Shown: positions 38,671 through 52,762 of the stretch, piece by piece
How the letters are laid out: each line of letters starts with the position of its first letter
Numbering within the stretch: the stretch's first letter is position 1
Source of the DNA: Felis catus
Taxonomy: Eukaryota
Direction: 5' to 3'
DNA length: 64,000 nt
Assembly (NCBI RefSeq): GCF_018350175.1
Contig: NC_058368.1
Location: forward strand, 127,784,001-127,848,000
Translations under genes and position numbers: made by a program
The notes under the pieces: model-generated
What the model saw: the letters and a program-made list of their open reading frames with translations, nothing else
What the model was told of the DNA's origin: nothing
Database searches by the model: none

Positions 38671-38932
38671 ATATAAAAACTCATAAAGATTTTCTCCTTT
38701 AAATCAAGGAAGGAGAAATAAGATGCTGTGCAAAGAAGAGGGGAACCCACAAGCAGAAGACTCATTGAAATAAAATAGTGTCTATATCACCATTTTACCT
38801 AAGGTTTGCTCTAAAACTGGGGTTAAAGCTATGTGTTCACCATGCCCTAAGAGGAAGCTGTGGAAACTAATTAAAACAAATTCATATACTGCTAAATATT
38901 TCTCAGAGATAGTAGCTGTGTACATTCAACAC

Positions 38933-39036
38933 ATGGTGATGATGATGGTGACAGTGATGGCAGTGACGGTGGGGATGGTGACGATGATGACAATGGTGAT
39001 GGTATTGGTGACGGTAATGATGGTGATGATGATGAG
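38933..39036. repeat. Degenerate (GAT/GGT)n trinucleotide low-complexity repeat
   Basis: Direct observation. Confidence 0.85.
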
Positions 39037-40774
39037 GATAAACACTACAACTACATAGGAGTCTAAGGTTATTGGGTATCACTCTGTGACAGGAATCTCT
39101 CTATGATTCCTTATCTGGTATAAAACAATGATTCATAGCTCTAATCTGACCACCAAATATCCACTAAACTTTACACAATTAGGTGATGATTTTCTTTGTC
39201 CTGAAGCCAAATACTCACAGGATAATGTTATCCCTTATAAATAGCATTTTGCAAAAATCAATTACCATATTCCTTTCAAATAAACTGAAAGTTTCCCAGA
39301 ATTTAATAAGCTATTGCTTTTCATAGTTAGCATACACCCCCTCAAAACTGCATTCTAAATACATTCATCCCTGCCACTCAAAATCAGGGCTTTAGACTTT
39401 TCTTTCCTTCAAGGTTATAAAGTAATTTCTCCTTTTTTTGATTTTGAGAAAAGTAAAATTGCTACAGCTTCACAATAAAAAGTGCATAGAATTTTCACAA
39501 CAAAGCATTTATAAACTAGATACTTTTTTTTTCCTTTGGCACATTTTGGCCTCTAAATATTATTTTCTGGGTTAGTTATAAGATGATTTTTCAGAACATT
39601 GCCTTCAATAACCACCCTGAACAATGAAAATTGAAATCAGGTCCCAATGGTTTGATTTATTATCTTCGTTTCCTTGAAGGAGAGAATAACAAATCACTCC
39701 AAACCTCAAGGCAACATGGATTTTATAAGTTAGATTATAAATATTAGGGGATAAAATGTATTTTCATCACATGGGAATGATTAATAGCTAAAAAGCAGAA
39801 TAAACACAGACCTCAATATGGGTATGAAATGTAGTCAATATCAGAAAAATCTTAATTGATTATTGCAATTAAAAAGTTCAGCAAATCATTTTATTATCTA
39901 TACTATAAATAAATAATTGGCTGATTTGCCTGTCAGGTTTGTTACTAATATACACGTTCTACTTTACTATTACTATGTTTAATATTTGATGTAAAATGCA
40001 TAATTTCATTCCATGTCACTTACCTAGTAGATTCTCAGGGTTGGAATGACTTTAAATGCCATCTAGCTCAATATTCCCCTTATTCCATGACCTTCCACAT
40101 ATATAGATAATTGATTTTTCCTACAGTACAGCAAGTATACCAGGATTCTATCCTGAATACTTCCTTCATGGAATGTACACATATTTAAAGAGCACCTACT
40201 ATGTGCTTGTATGATTTAGGTACCTACATAGAGCTACAAAAAAATGGACAAAGATCTTTGCTCTCAGATAGTTTACATTCTAGCAGTTCTTGGAATGTGA
40301 TTCACCATTCACATGTTTGTATCAGAAACTCTTCTCAGCACTGATGAACCAAAGAATAAGACACACCAAGTCTCAGGTCACTGTGAGAAAGTTATTCTAT
40401 ATATTGGATGAGAATGTTCTCTCTAATTACCACCAGTGTTCAGCATTCTGGGGTCACACAGATTAGGTGTAATTGCTCTGCCCTGTGAAAGCTCATTAGA
40501 TATATTTGTATCTCCCCACCTCCAACCTCAGTTTACAGGTTATGAACTCCCTGGGTCTTTTCTTTCAGGTGCCAACCACTCAGATGAATACAGAGACCAA
40601 GAATTTAAAGCAAATGAGTGAAGTGGAAGGAGAGGAGTACAAACAAATGATCACACACTTTTGTGGTTGGTTTCCATGTAAGAATGTAACAGCAAACCCA
40701 GAAACCTGTATTTAATGAAACAACCACTCATTTTGTTTTTGTTTTTGTTTGGTTTAGGGTTTTATTTTTTTGCC

Positions 40775-43700
40775 ATTTAAATTTTTTTTTCTTTAAATTT
40801 TAGTTGGTTAACATTTAGTGCAATATTGGTTTAGGAGTAGAATTCAGTGATTCATCACTTACATACAACACCCAGTGCTCATCACATCAAGTACCCATCA
40901 CCCATCTAGGCCATCTCTCACCCACTGCCCTCTGTCAACCCAGATTTTGTTTTCTATCATTAAGAGTCTCTTGTGGTTTGTTTCCCTCTCTTTTCTTTTC
41001 CCTCCTTATTATATATTCATCTGCTTTGCTTCTCCACATATGAGTGAAATCATAAAGTATTTCTCTTTCTCTGACTTATTTTGTTCAGCGTAATACATTC
41101 CAGGTCCATCCATGTCATGGCAAATGACAAATTTTCGTTTTTGATGGCTTAGTAATATTCCATTGTGTGTGTATGTATGTATGTATGTATATGTGTATGT
41201 GTGTATATACATGTGTATATATATATACACATACATATATACATGTGTATATATATATACACATACATATACACATACACATATACATATACACATACAC
41301 ATATATATACACATACATATACACATACACATATATATACACATACACATAAACATACATGCTGCTATAAACACTGGAGTTTATGTAGCCCTTCAAAACT
41401 GTATTTTTATATCCTTTGGGTACATGTCTAATAGTGCAATTGCTGGACCATAGGGTAGTTCTATTTTTAGTTTCTTGAGAAACATCCATACTGTTCTCCA
41501 GAGTGGCTGCACCAGTTTGCATTACCACCAACAGTGCAAGAGGGTTCCCCTTTTTCTGCATCCTTGCCAACACCTGTTGTCTCATGTGTTAATTTTAGCC
41601 ATTCTGACAGGTGTGAGATGGTATCTCACTGTGGTTTTGATTTGTATTTCCCTAATGATGAATGATGTTGAACATCTTTTTATGTGTCTATTAGCCATCT
41701 AGATGTCTTCTTTGGAAAAGTGTCTATTCGTGTTTTCTGCCCATTTCTTAACTGGGTTACTTATTTTTGGGGTGTTGAGTTTGGTAAGTTCTTTATAGAT
41801 TTTGAATACTAACTCTTTATCAGATATGTCATTTGTGAATATCATATCCCATTCCATAAGCTGCCTTTTAATTGAGAGATTCACTGTGCAGAAGTTGTTA
41901 TTTTGATGAGGTCCCAATAGTTCATGCTTGTTTTTGTTTTCCTTGCCTTCAGTGATGTGTCTAGTAAGAAGTTGCTGTGGCCAAAGTCAAAGAGGTTGCT
42001 GCCTGTTTTCCGTTCTAGGATATTGATGGTTTCCTATCTCACATTTAATTCTTTCATCCATTTTGAATTTATTTTTGTGTATGGTGTAATAAAATGGTCC
42101 AGTTTCATTCTTCTGCGTGTCGCTGTCCAGTTTTCCCAACACCATTTGTTGAAGAGACTGCCTTTTTTTCCATTGGATATTCCTTCCTGATTTATCAAAG
42201 ATCAGTTGACCATATAACTGTGAGTGCAATTCTGGGTTTTCTATTCTGTTCCATTGATCTATATGTCTGTTTTTGTGTAGGACCATACTATCTTGATGAC
42301 TACAGGTTTGTAATACAGCTTGAAATCTGGAATTGTGATGCCTCCAGTTTTTTTCTTTTTTCTTTTTAAGGATTGCTTTGGCTATGCAGGGTCTTCTGTG
42401 GTTCCATACAAATTTTAGGATTGTTTGTTCTACCTCTGTGAAAAATTCTGGTGGGATTTTGATAGGGACTACATTAAACATGTACATTGCTTTGGGTAGT
42501 ATAGACATTCTAACCATGTTTGTTCTTCCAATCCATGAGCATGGAGTGCTTTTCCATTTCTATGTGTACTCTTCAATATCTTTCAGAAGTGTTCTATAGT
42601 TTTCAAAGTATAGATCTTTTACCATTTTATCAGATTTATTCCTAAGTATCTTACAGTTTTTGGTGCAATTGCAAATAGGATCAATTGATTCCCTGATTTA
42701 TTTATCTGCTGCTTCGTTATTGGTATATACAAATGCAACAGATTTCTGCACGTTGCTTTTATATCCTCCAACTTGGCTGAGTTCATGTATTAGTTTTAAC
42801 AAATTTTTGGTAGGTCTTTCGAGTTTTCTACGTAGACTATCATGCTGTCTGCAAATAGTGATAGTTTGAACTTTTCCTTGCTGATTTGGAGACTTTTATT
42901 TCTTTCTGTTGTCTCATTGCTAAAGTAAGACTTCCAATAATATGTTAAGTAGAAATGGTTAGAGTGGACATCTTTGTCTTGTTCCTGACCACAGGGAAAA
43001 GGCTCTCAGTTTTCCCTCATTGAGGATGATATTAGCTGTGGATGTTTCATATATGGCCTTTAGATGTTGAGGTATGTTCCATGTATCCCTACTTTGTTGA
43101 GGGTTTTTATCAAGAAGGAATGCTGTATTTTATCAAATGTTTTTTTTTTCTTCTGCATCTATTGATAGGATCATATGGTTCTTACCCTTTGTTTTATTAA
43201 TGTGGTATATCATGTTGATTGATTTGCAAATATTGAACCAGCCCTGCAGTCCAGGAATAAATCCCACTTGATCATGGTGAATAATTCTTTGGGATTAAAT
43301 TGTTTGCCAATATCTTGTTGAGAATTTTTGCATCCATGTTCATCAGGGATATTGGCCTGTAATTCTCCTTCTTAATAGGGTCTTTGATTTTGGAATCAAA
43401 GTAATGCTGGCTTTATAGAATTATTTTAGAAGTTTTCCTTCTATTTCTATTTTTTGGAACAGTTTGAGAAGAATAGATATTAACTCTTCTTTAAATGCCT
43501 TGTAGAATTCTCTTGGGAAGCCATCTGGCCCAGGATTCTTGTTTGTTGGGAGATTGTTGATTAGAGATTCAACTTCTTTGCTGGTTAAGGGTCTGTTGAA
43601 ATTTTCTATTTCTTTCTGTTTTAGTTTTGGTAGTTTGTGGGTTTTTAGGAATTTGTCCATTTCTTCCAGATTGCTCAGCTGGTTGGCATATGATTTTTCA

Positions 43701-43846
43701 CAGTATTCTAATTGTTTGTATTTCTGTGGTGTTGGTTGTGATCTCCCCTCTTTCATTTGTGATTTTATCCACTTGGGTCCTTTCTCTTTTCTTTTTGATA
43801 AGTCTGGCTAGGGTTTTATCAACTTTGTTAATTCTTTCAAAGAATA
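40775..43846 (-). mobile_element. 5'-truncated carnivore L1 (about 3 kb of ORF2 plus 3' UTR), frameshifted
   Basis: Minus ORFs 43421..43756 ([12 protein letters not shown]), 41987..42517 and 41699..41917 are L1 ORF2 pieces; T-rich tail at about 40775. Confidence 0.96.
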
Positions 43847-44304
43847 TTCATTTTGAAGTATCTGATACTAAATCAAATTTCTTAAAAAACTCCGTGTAGG
43901 CCATATAAAACACATCTGAAGGCCACAAGTTTGAGATACAGCTGCAGATACCCTTCACATGATACAGTTTTGACTTTTGTCTCCATAATGATGACAGTTT
44001 TTAAAATACTGCAGCTTTTCAATGTCCTTCTTAAAGTGCATTTCCCAGAACTGACATCACAGTTCTAGGTCTGTGAGAACCAACACAAACCAAGAGAAAA
44101 ATATTTACCTTTGCTGTTTGAGATCCAGTTATATTCCTGAAACCCCAGAAAGAATGAATATTTTGGGAGACTGGGGACTTGTGTCATATTACTAATTCAC
44201 ACCTAACTTTCAACCATCTTAATCTCCTGTTGCTGTTAAACTAGTTCTCACCTCTGTCTTTACTGCTTCTCAAACAACATTAGTTAGTACTTCTCTCCTT
44301 GATG

Positions 44305-44334
44305 TTTTAGTATATGTGCTGCCGAAGCGAGCAC
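44305..44334 (-). pseudogene. RNU6: U6 snRNA 5' fragment (nt 1-30), tailless retrocopy
   Basis: Minus strand GTGCTCGCTTCGGCAGCACATATACTAAAA is the U6 5' end exactly; flanked by the 16-bp direct repeat CTCCTTGATGTTTTAG. Confidence 0.95.
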
Positions 44335-44544
44335 ACCTCCTTGATGTTTTAGAATTTTGTGTTTTCTTTTTTTTTTAAGTTTTATTATATTTACTTCTCT
44401 CCTCCAGTCTACCAAATACTTTTGAATGCTGATTTTCTAAATGACCATTATTAGTTATTCCTTCCAGTTTTGCCTCATCGGTGGATAAGCTCCTTTTGTC
44501 ATTAATGCCACTACGAAATTAATGATAAAAATGGTGAACAGAAG

Positions 44545-44690
44545 GAGCACCTGATTGGCTCAGTTGGAGGAACATGTGACTTCTAATGTCAGGGTCATGA
44601 GTTCAAGTCCCACATTGGGCATGGAATTTACTTTAAAAATATAAATAAAATAAAATAACATAACATAAAATAAAATAAAATACTATTTTT
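44545..44690 (+). mobile_element. Older short Can-SINE
   Basis: GGAGCACCTGATTGGCTCAGTTGG head, GAGTTCAAGTCCC B-box, (TAAAA)n tail, TSD AAATGGTGAACAG. Confidence 0.85.
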
Positions 44691-45064
44691 TAAATGGTGA
44701 ACAGGAGAGACCTAAGACCAAATCTTCTAGTGAGTAACTAGAGGCCTCTCTATAAGCATGTCAATTTATGAGTATAGCCAATCAATTACGACTTTGTGTA
44801 TTGGTACCATGAACTGCCTTTCTCCATCTTAATCCCAAATTTATAAGAAAGATTTTATCAAATGCTTGCTTAAATCCAGGTAAACAGTGGACATAGCAGT
44901 CCTCTGATATACTGGTCCCACAGGAAAATGAAATAAAGTTTAATCTGATATATTCTACTATTAGTGACCTAATGAGAATTCCACATGATCACGACTTTCT
45001 TTTCTAATGGCTCACAAAAAGTTGTTTAAAGATTTATTTCAGAACTTTATCTAAGATTAATCAA

Positions 45065-45330
45065 CTGATTCATTCATTCATTCAACAATTATTTATTGAG
45101 TGCCTATATTATGCACTAGAAAGATGTACTGACAAACAAAAACTCCTGTGTAGAATTTCACTAGTGTGGGGGAAAAGAAAATAAACAATATAAATAAGGG
45201 AGCTATACAGAATGTTGGACAGGGTCAAGTGTTCAAAAGAAAAATAAAAGATGAAAGGTAGATATAAAGTCTGAAGTGCGGGATTTGGGGTAGTTTTAGA
45301 CAGGAATCTATAACAGTCCTCTGAGAAAGT
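45065..45330 (-). mobile_element. LINE-2 3' end
   Basis: ATTCATTCATTCATTCAACAATTATTTATTGAGTGCCTA signature. Confidence 0.7.
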
Positions 45331-46103
45331 TTTAAAGGAAAATTTGCAAAAAAAATGAGCTAAATGAAATAATAATAAAGGAACTTCTCCCTAAGGATAT
45401 AACTGAAGGGAATTCACTTTCCTCCTCTTCTTGAAAATTGGGATTTTTCAACCGTCTCTAATATACTGTTATGTATTTCCTCAAAGACTCCAGCAAGTTA
45501 TTGACTCTTATTTCACCTCCTTTGTGATGTTGGCATGAGAATAGTGTCCACATCATGAAGTTATCATTAATATTCAATGAGACAAAGCATGCAAAGAGTT
45601 CACGACAAGCACTTGGCACATGATAAGTACAATGTATTCTGCTTCATGTTCCCGTGTGAAAACAAATTCACAGAGAATTAGTAAATTCAAGATTAATGCC
45701 TACATGCCCTAAGCACTTTTTTTTAACTCAGACAGGATTTTTTCCAGTACATTATTTTCTCACAAAGTCAGAGCAGTGAAATGCAAATCAACCAAGAAAG
45801 CTGTATGCAGCACACTGGGGAGGAAAATAACACTGTACATGACATCTCTTCACTATCTGTAGTTCTTCTTGCCTCATTTTGATCACATGCTCCATATTGG
45901 AAAAGCCTAGTGCATGGACCACTTAGTTATTTGTGATTTTGTTTTTGCCTTTATAGCACTAATTTTAGAGGTGTAGTAATCATATCTAAAAGTTCTTTCC
46001 ATGTCATTCCATTTATATCAGGCAGGCTCTTTGGTGGGGAGTGGGTGGAGGTTCATCTAGTTTAACTTCTCTTCTTCTTTACCATGTCTATTCTACTTTT
46101 TCT

Positions 46104-46321
46104 TTAAAAAATTTTTTTAACACTTACTCATTTTGGAGAGACAGAGAGAGACAGAGTATGAGCGGGGAAGGGGCAGAGAGAGGGAGACACAGAATCTGAA
46201 ACAGTCTCCAGGTCTGAGCTGTCAGCAAAGAACCTGATGCAGGGCTCGAACTCACAAACTGTGAGATCCTGACCTGAGCTGAAGTCAGACGCTCAACCGA
46301 CTGAGCCACCCAGGCGCCCCT
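46104..46321 (-). mobile_element. Can-SINE with TSD TATTCTACTTTTTCT
   Basis: Reverse-complement head GAGCCACCCAGGCGCCCC; TSD on both sides. Confidence 0.95.
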
Positions 46322-46974
46322 TATTCTACTTTTTCTAATCTGAATATATCAACTTTGGCAAAGGGCCATTTTTATTTCCATGCCTCCAATTTTAATATGT
46401 ATCATGAATAACTTAAGAAATCTCTTCTTAGATATTATTGGAAACGTTGCAAATGATCCCAATACTGTAGGTGATTTATGTCCTATTTCAAAATTATACA
46501 TGAAGGGACCAATTATATTTTTATACTTCAATTGCAACAAGTAATTAAGAAGGAAACACAGACAGACTGTTAGAGTCCCGATTCCTTACTCTGAAGGTCA
46601 AAGAAAGAACCTAGAGAATTCAGGATGGTATCTTAAATTCACATTTCTAAGAGTGTTTAACTTTAGATAAACGTCTATATAAATATATATAGCTTAACCA
46701 AAAAACCTAAAATCACCGTATCTAAAGTCAACAGATTTCTTTATCAGTCAAGATTAAATACTAATAAATGATCTAAACTGGAAATATCAAATGATTGAGG
46801 ATCATTAATTCCCCAAACTCATATGCATCTGTATTATTTTTTTTAACTTTTGAAACTTCATGGACTCAAAGGCAGATTTGACATGATAAAACACTGCCAT
46901 TTGATAAAAGCTATATAATTTTCTCACTTGGTATCATCTTTTATAAAGACATGGTGAAATGTCATAGTCTTTTT

Positions 46975-47190
46975 AATTTTTTTTTCAACGTTTATTTATT
47001 TTTGGGACAGAGAGAGACAGAGCATGAACGGGGGGAGGGGCAGAGAGAGAGGGAGACACAGAATCGGAAACAGGCTCCAGGCTCCGAGACATCAGCCCAG
47101 AGCCTGACGCTGGGGCTCGAACTCACAGACCGCGAGATCGTGACCTGGCTGAAGTCGGACGCTTAACCGACTGCGCCACCCAGGCGCCCC
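46975..47190 (-). mobile_element. Young felid Can-SINE with TSD TGTCATAGTCTTTTT
   Basis: CpG-rich; ends GCGCCACCCAGGCGCCCC; TSD at about 46960 and 47191. Confidence 0.96.
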
Positions 47191-48666
47191 TGTCATAGTC
47201 TTTTTAAATAGTATGATATAGAATGAATGTTTTTCTACAACATAGTGTAGCCAACTAATGTGCAATTTTGAGATTAATTTTTAGTTTTAAATTCTTTTTA
47301 TTTTCTTGAATTTTAAGATGGTATGATTTCTCAAGCCTTCATAGTAAGCACTAGTAAAACATCCAATTACTAGTAGTATCTAAAATAAATTCAAAGTAAA
47401 ACCTCTCAATACCATAATTATACAACAACAGCACAAAGTATGCTCTGTATGACACAAAGCTAAGTATATAAAAGACAGATGCTTCCTGCTGAATTGTATC
47501 ATTTCACAGGAGGAATTTATCTCAACCTGCATGGAGTTTCAGGGATATACTTGTGCAACACAGTGATAATGACGACAAGATTATAATTCTGATTCCTGAC
47601 CCCTGTTAACACTGAGGAAACAGGTCTGCCAACATAAAACTTCCAGCAACCATTTCACAAAGATGTCATTTTTTACAAAAAAATGGCAAACAAAAGAAGG
47701 TGGAAGCGACTCCAATCTACTGGCCCTATTGGATATGACTGCAAATAACACACGGTCTGCTCACCTGTGGGTCAGCAACCTATATAGAGACTCCTCATTT
47801 CAATACCCATATGGCATAAGAGGAAAGGACAAGGCATTGGATTTGGCTGGTGGGCTGTAGCTCGGTAACATCTGTCTTAGACTCTTTCTGTATGTGAACA
47901 AATTATGGTAAGAGAAAAAAGAGAGCCCTGTTTACAAATGGGGTGTCACTCATGAGGGCAAGGAAAGGGGACCCAACTCTCCAAAAGTTTTCATAATAAG
48001 GTTTCCTTTTATGCATTTTTAAATGTTATGCCAAAGAAACTGTATCAAAGTTTTTATGTGGCCTATCTTTTTCACTCATATGATACGTTAAAACAAGAGT
48101 CTGTGTAGATCACTGACCCCTAATCAGTAGAAATCACCCTTCCTGCTTTTGTGCCATAGGGAAGAGTTATGTATTTGTGACAGAGAATGGCCTACAAAGC
48201 TGCAAATATTTACTAGCAAGCTTGTTACACACAAAGTTTTCTCACTCCTATCCTAAAACATAAAGCAGCATTGGAATAGAGTGAAGATATCTTGTTTCCA
48301 TATTGATGACTTGATCATCAAAAGCATCAGTTAGAGCAATTTTTTAAAGTTCACTCCAGTGAACAGAGTCTTCTTAGAACCAAGGTCCAAAAAAGAAAAT
48401 GGGTGGTAGAAAGAAAAAATAAATGCTTGACTAGATGTCAAAAAAAATCAACCTACATATTTAGGTGCTGTAGATCTACAGATTACTGATGGTTACAGTT
48501 GCTAACAGAATCATCACTGTAACAATTGTACATGAAGGAGGACTGACATAAATTTGCCGATGGGGTAGAAATACTTGTGTGCTCATGTGCTGCTAAGTAT
48601 TCTCAGAAAACCTATAAAAATAGGTATTATACAGAAATAAATAACATTTAAAAATTGCCCCTATCA

Positions 48667-49204
48667 GTTTAATATCCAAAATCTATAAACATCCCAAACT
48701 CAACACCAAAAAAACAATAATCCAGTGAAGAAATGGGCATAAGACATGAATAGACAGTTTTCCAAAGAAGACATCCAGATGTCTTAGATGGCTAAGAGAC
48801 ACATGAAAAGATGCTCAACGTTGCTCATTACCAGGAAAATACAAATCAAAACCACATTGAGATAACCACTTCACACTAGTCACAGTGGATAAAATTAACA
48901 ACTCAGGAAACAACAGATGTTGGCGGGGATGTGGAGAAAGGGGAACCTTCTTTCACTGTTGGTGGGAATGCAAACTGGTGCAGTCATTCTGGAAAAGAGT
49001 ATGGGGGTTTCTCAAAAAATTAAAAATAGATTACCCTGTGACCAACAATAGTACTACTAGGAATTTATCCAAAGGATTCAAGAGTGCTGATGCATAGGGG
49101 CATATGTAACCCCAATGTTTATAGCAGTGCTATCAAGCATAGCCAAATAATCGAAAGAGCCCAAATGCCCATCAACAGATGAATGGATAAAGAAGATGTA
49201 CATA

Positions 49205-49265
<61 letters not shown>

Positions 49266-49725
49266 CTGCTCGCCAATGAAAAACAATGAAACCTTGCCAT
49301 TTGCAACAACGTGGATGGAACTGGAGGGTATTATGCTAACTGAAAAAAGTCAGTCAGAGAAAGATATATATCATTGTTCTCACTCATACATGGAGTTTGA
49401 GAAATTTAATAGAAGACCAAGAGGGAAGGGAAGGAAAACAAATAGTTACAAACTGAGAGGGAGTCAAACCATAAGATACTCTTAAAAACAGAGAACAAAC
49501 TGAGGATTGATGGGGGGCAGGAGGGAGAGGAAAATGGGTGATGGGCATTGAGGAGGGCACTTGTTGGGATGAGCTCTGGGTGTTGTATGTAACTGATCAG
49601 TCATGGGAATTTACTCCCAAAGCCAAGAGCACACTGTATACTCCATACGTTAACTAACATGACAATAAATTTTATTTTACAAAAAAAACCACATTATCTG
49701 ATTACAAAATAAAAAAAATAAAAAT
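48667..49725 (+). mobile_element. 5'-truncated carnivore L1 (ORF2 C-terminus, 3' UTR, A tail)
   Basis: ORFs 48885..49097 ([23 protein letters not shown]) and 49183..49485; degenerate flanking repeat AAAAT..CCTATCA. Confidence 0.95.
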
Positions 49726-51096
49726 AATTCCTATCAAATGGCTACCATGCATTCATAATCAAAATCTTTAAAGTAAACTTAATTGTATTTTTGTGATAAG
49801 TCTAATGGTAAGAAAAGAAACTATCTTTCCCATCACTTGAATTTCATGAATGTATGCTACTATATTTAAAGAAAAAATGTATTTCTTTAAAATGCCACTC
49901 TAATTTTTTTCCTTTCTAATCAAAAAATGGACTTTGCCTAAACATGATTTTAAATGATTCTATTTCATTCTATTCAGAATATTTCAATGAAAAACCAAAG
50001 TACAAAATGACTTTATAAGATACATGAGCTTTCAGACTAAAATAATAATCAGCATAAGGAAAAATAAGATGCTCACAATGATTCAGAAAAATCTTGACTT
50101 CTGCAACTAAACCTCAGACAGTAGTATTGGTAATTCCAATTTCCCTCTGGGTGAGAACACATTCAAAGAAGATTGCTATAACCAAAGAATGGACTATTCT
50201 GCAGTTGGAACAAAAGATGGTAGAGACAGCATCATTCTTTTGAGCCATATGGCTACTACAAATGTCATAGACAGCTTTACAGTCTGATATTGCTTGTGTG
50301 GGAGGTCTCTCCTTAGGAAAACATCATCTTCCCAAGCAGATAAACACAGGATCATTGAAATAATTGAAGGAATGAATCTCATGAAAATTTTAAAGAATGC
50401 CAGTGTTAGGTGCCACCTAACTAACCTGCACTATCCCTATTCTAACCAGATATCTTTTTGCACCTGCCTACACACTGACACCAATTTCTACTTTTGGTTG
50501 GAATAACATTTGGCATCTTTGACAACAAGAGCTTTGCAAATTACAACATTTCTCTCTCGCCTCTGGGACCCATAACTATTTGCCTAAATATATTGTCTGT
50601 ATTCTGAGTCTTGGTTTTCTGGATTCCTGACCTGCCTCCCCAATTCCTACCTGATTCCCTAAGCTTCTATATCTGATTTAATTCTATAAGAATTTCCTGA
50701 CCCTGCCTTTTTGGATCACATCAAATCCTGACTTATCATCTGGCTCCAATATTCATTATCAATGTGCATTCCCATGCCACCTTGAACCCTGGTCTCACAC
50801 TCCCATTGCTACCGAGGTCAACAGATTTTGGCCATGAGCTTATGTTTTCTTATGTCCACTGGTCCTTCCTAAAAGGTAGTAAATATTTTTGAGTACTGAT
50901 GTAGGTCATGTGCATATACGTGTGTCTATGTCTTATACACAGTCTCACAAAGATCTAGTAATATCTACATCATATTTTTCATTTTACAGGCAGCAAGCAA
51001 GAAGCCCAAATGTGCAGCAATTTGCCCTAAGTCACACCATTTATAAAAGGTAGAAGAAGGTGACAGATCTATTTCTTTCTGTAAATAAAATAAATC

Positions 51097-52760
51097 TCTG
51101 GGAGACTGTTACACGGATATCCTTTAGTAAATACTACCTCCTGTCATACCTGCCCTTATGTAGTCTCTCCCATGCTGATTCTTGCTTAGCTATATGAGTT
51201 GCTTTGGCTCAAGAGATACTGACAAGGGTGACACAAGCAATGGCTAGATAAGCTCTTGCACATTGGACAGGCTTTGTTCATTTAAAATACCTGCTCTTAT
51301 AGCCAGCTAACATATAAAAATTATGACCAGTTTGAGTCTGCCACGCTGCAAGGAAGCCCAAGCTTCCATGCAGAAGCCACATGGAAGAGCTTACAGGTGC
51401 CAGGTATATGAGTGAAGCTTTCTTGGACCTTCCAGATCAGACCAGCTACTGATAAAAGGCAGCCACATGAGTCACCTAACTACACCACACAGAGTAGAAG
51501 ACTTTCTCAGGCAAGTCCTGCCCATGATAAATAAAAAATTGTTGTCTTAAGCCACAAAGTCCAACCCAGGTCCTGCTAGGTTATAAAATAAATTACTCAT
51601 TTTCAGCCCTTGATATAGCAAAAGGTTCTCAGCATATGAAGTTGCTTCTGATCAAATACAGAGTGCTGCTCTTAAAATGTGGCCTCGAGGTAAATGTCAA
51701 ATCAAGGATGTGGCAGAAAGCTATCTCTTAAAACCCTTGTAAGATCCAGCCAGAAGACAAGAAATTCTAAAATCCTTAAGGATGTTGGTCCCTAGCATCT
51801 TGACTCTCAGAAAAGTGCAGAAAAGCAGAAAAGTGCTTTAAGAAATTTGTGCAAGTATCTTTTACTTACTAGTCTAGAATATAATTAACTACATGGGAAA
51901 ACCACCAAGTTTTTAAAGGAAACATACATCTTGGACTAAAAGGGAGAGAAGCTGAGGAAAATGAAAAGAGCCTTCCAAACTTTTACTGGCATAAAAAATG
52001 CTGAGAAATCTACTTAGCTGCAAATATGGGCCATTTCTTGTGGAAAATGAAAGATGACTTAGAGGACAGAGCCAAGATCCAATAAGAACAATGGAATAGA
52101 AAATCACATCCAAGGAACTGGGTTCCTTTCCAAGAAACATTTCTTGTCCCTAGATTTAAGGGACATGGTAACATGTTTCCAGCTGGATTTCAGAATTGTT
52201 TTGAAATAGTGACTGGTATATGCTCCCCATTTCCCTTCTTTTCAATGCGCCACGTGCATTGCCATAGAAACATAATCTCTGTCTCATCAATGTGTGTTGC
52301 AAGGGGAGAGGGATGTAAAGAGATTGTATTAATCTCTTGAGAGATCAAGTCTCTGGAACAAGAGAAGTAGTAGCTGAAGAGTCTCAACTTCAGATGTATC
52401 TCATATAGATGGTATGATCCTGGACCTAAAATATGAGAACTAAATCTGTAATGCAATGAAACCTTCAGGGAAGGACATGAATCGCTTGGCCAGAAGGAAG
52501 ACTGTGATGCTAGTCAGCACCATTCCTCTCTGCCCTGTGCACATATGCTGCTCTTCACACCATACAATATCCTGTTTTTCTTCTCTGGACTACAAGCTAG
52601 ACTTATGACTTTCTCTGACCAAGAGAACGCAAAAGAATGATATCCTGAGACTTCGGAGCCTAGGTCTGACAGATTCTACTTCCTCTCTCTGGGAAGCCAG
52701 CTGTCATGCTGTAAAGAAGCTTGGGCTAGAGTACTGAATATTGAGAAACCACATTGAGAG
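51097..52760 (+). mobile_element. MaLR element: MLT1-type LTR (about 51097-51565), internal remnant, second LTR part (about 52495-52760)
   Basis: MLT1F/G/H-like motifs (GAGTTGCTTTGGC, GGAAGCCCAAGC, TTGTTGTCTTAAGCCAC; GGAAGCCAGCTGTCATGCTGT). Confidence 0.6.
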
Positions 52761-52762
52761 TT

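Noticed and set aside
38831..39058. Met/Val/Thr-rich ORF
   Set aside because: Translation of a degenerate trinucleotide repeat
41009..41585. Several overlapping ORFs with YI/HT/CM repeats
   Set aside because: Artefacts of a stop-free RY microsatellite inside L1
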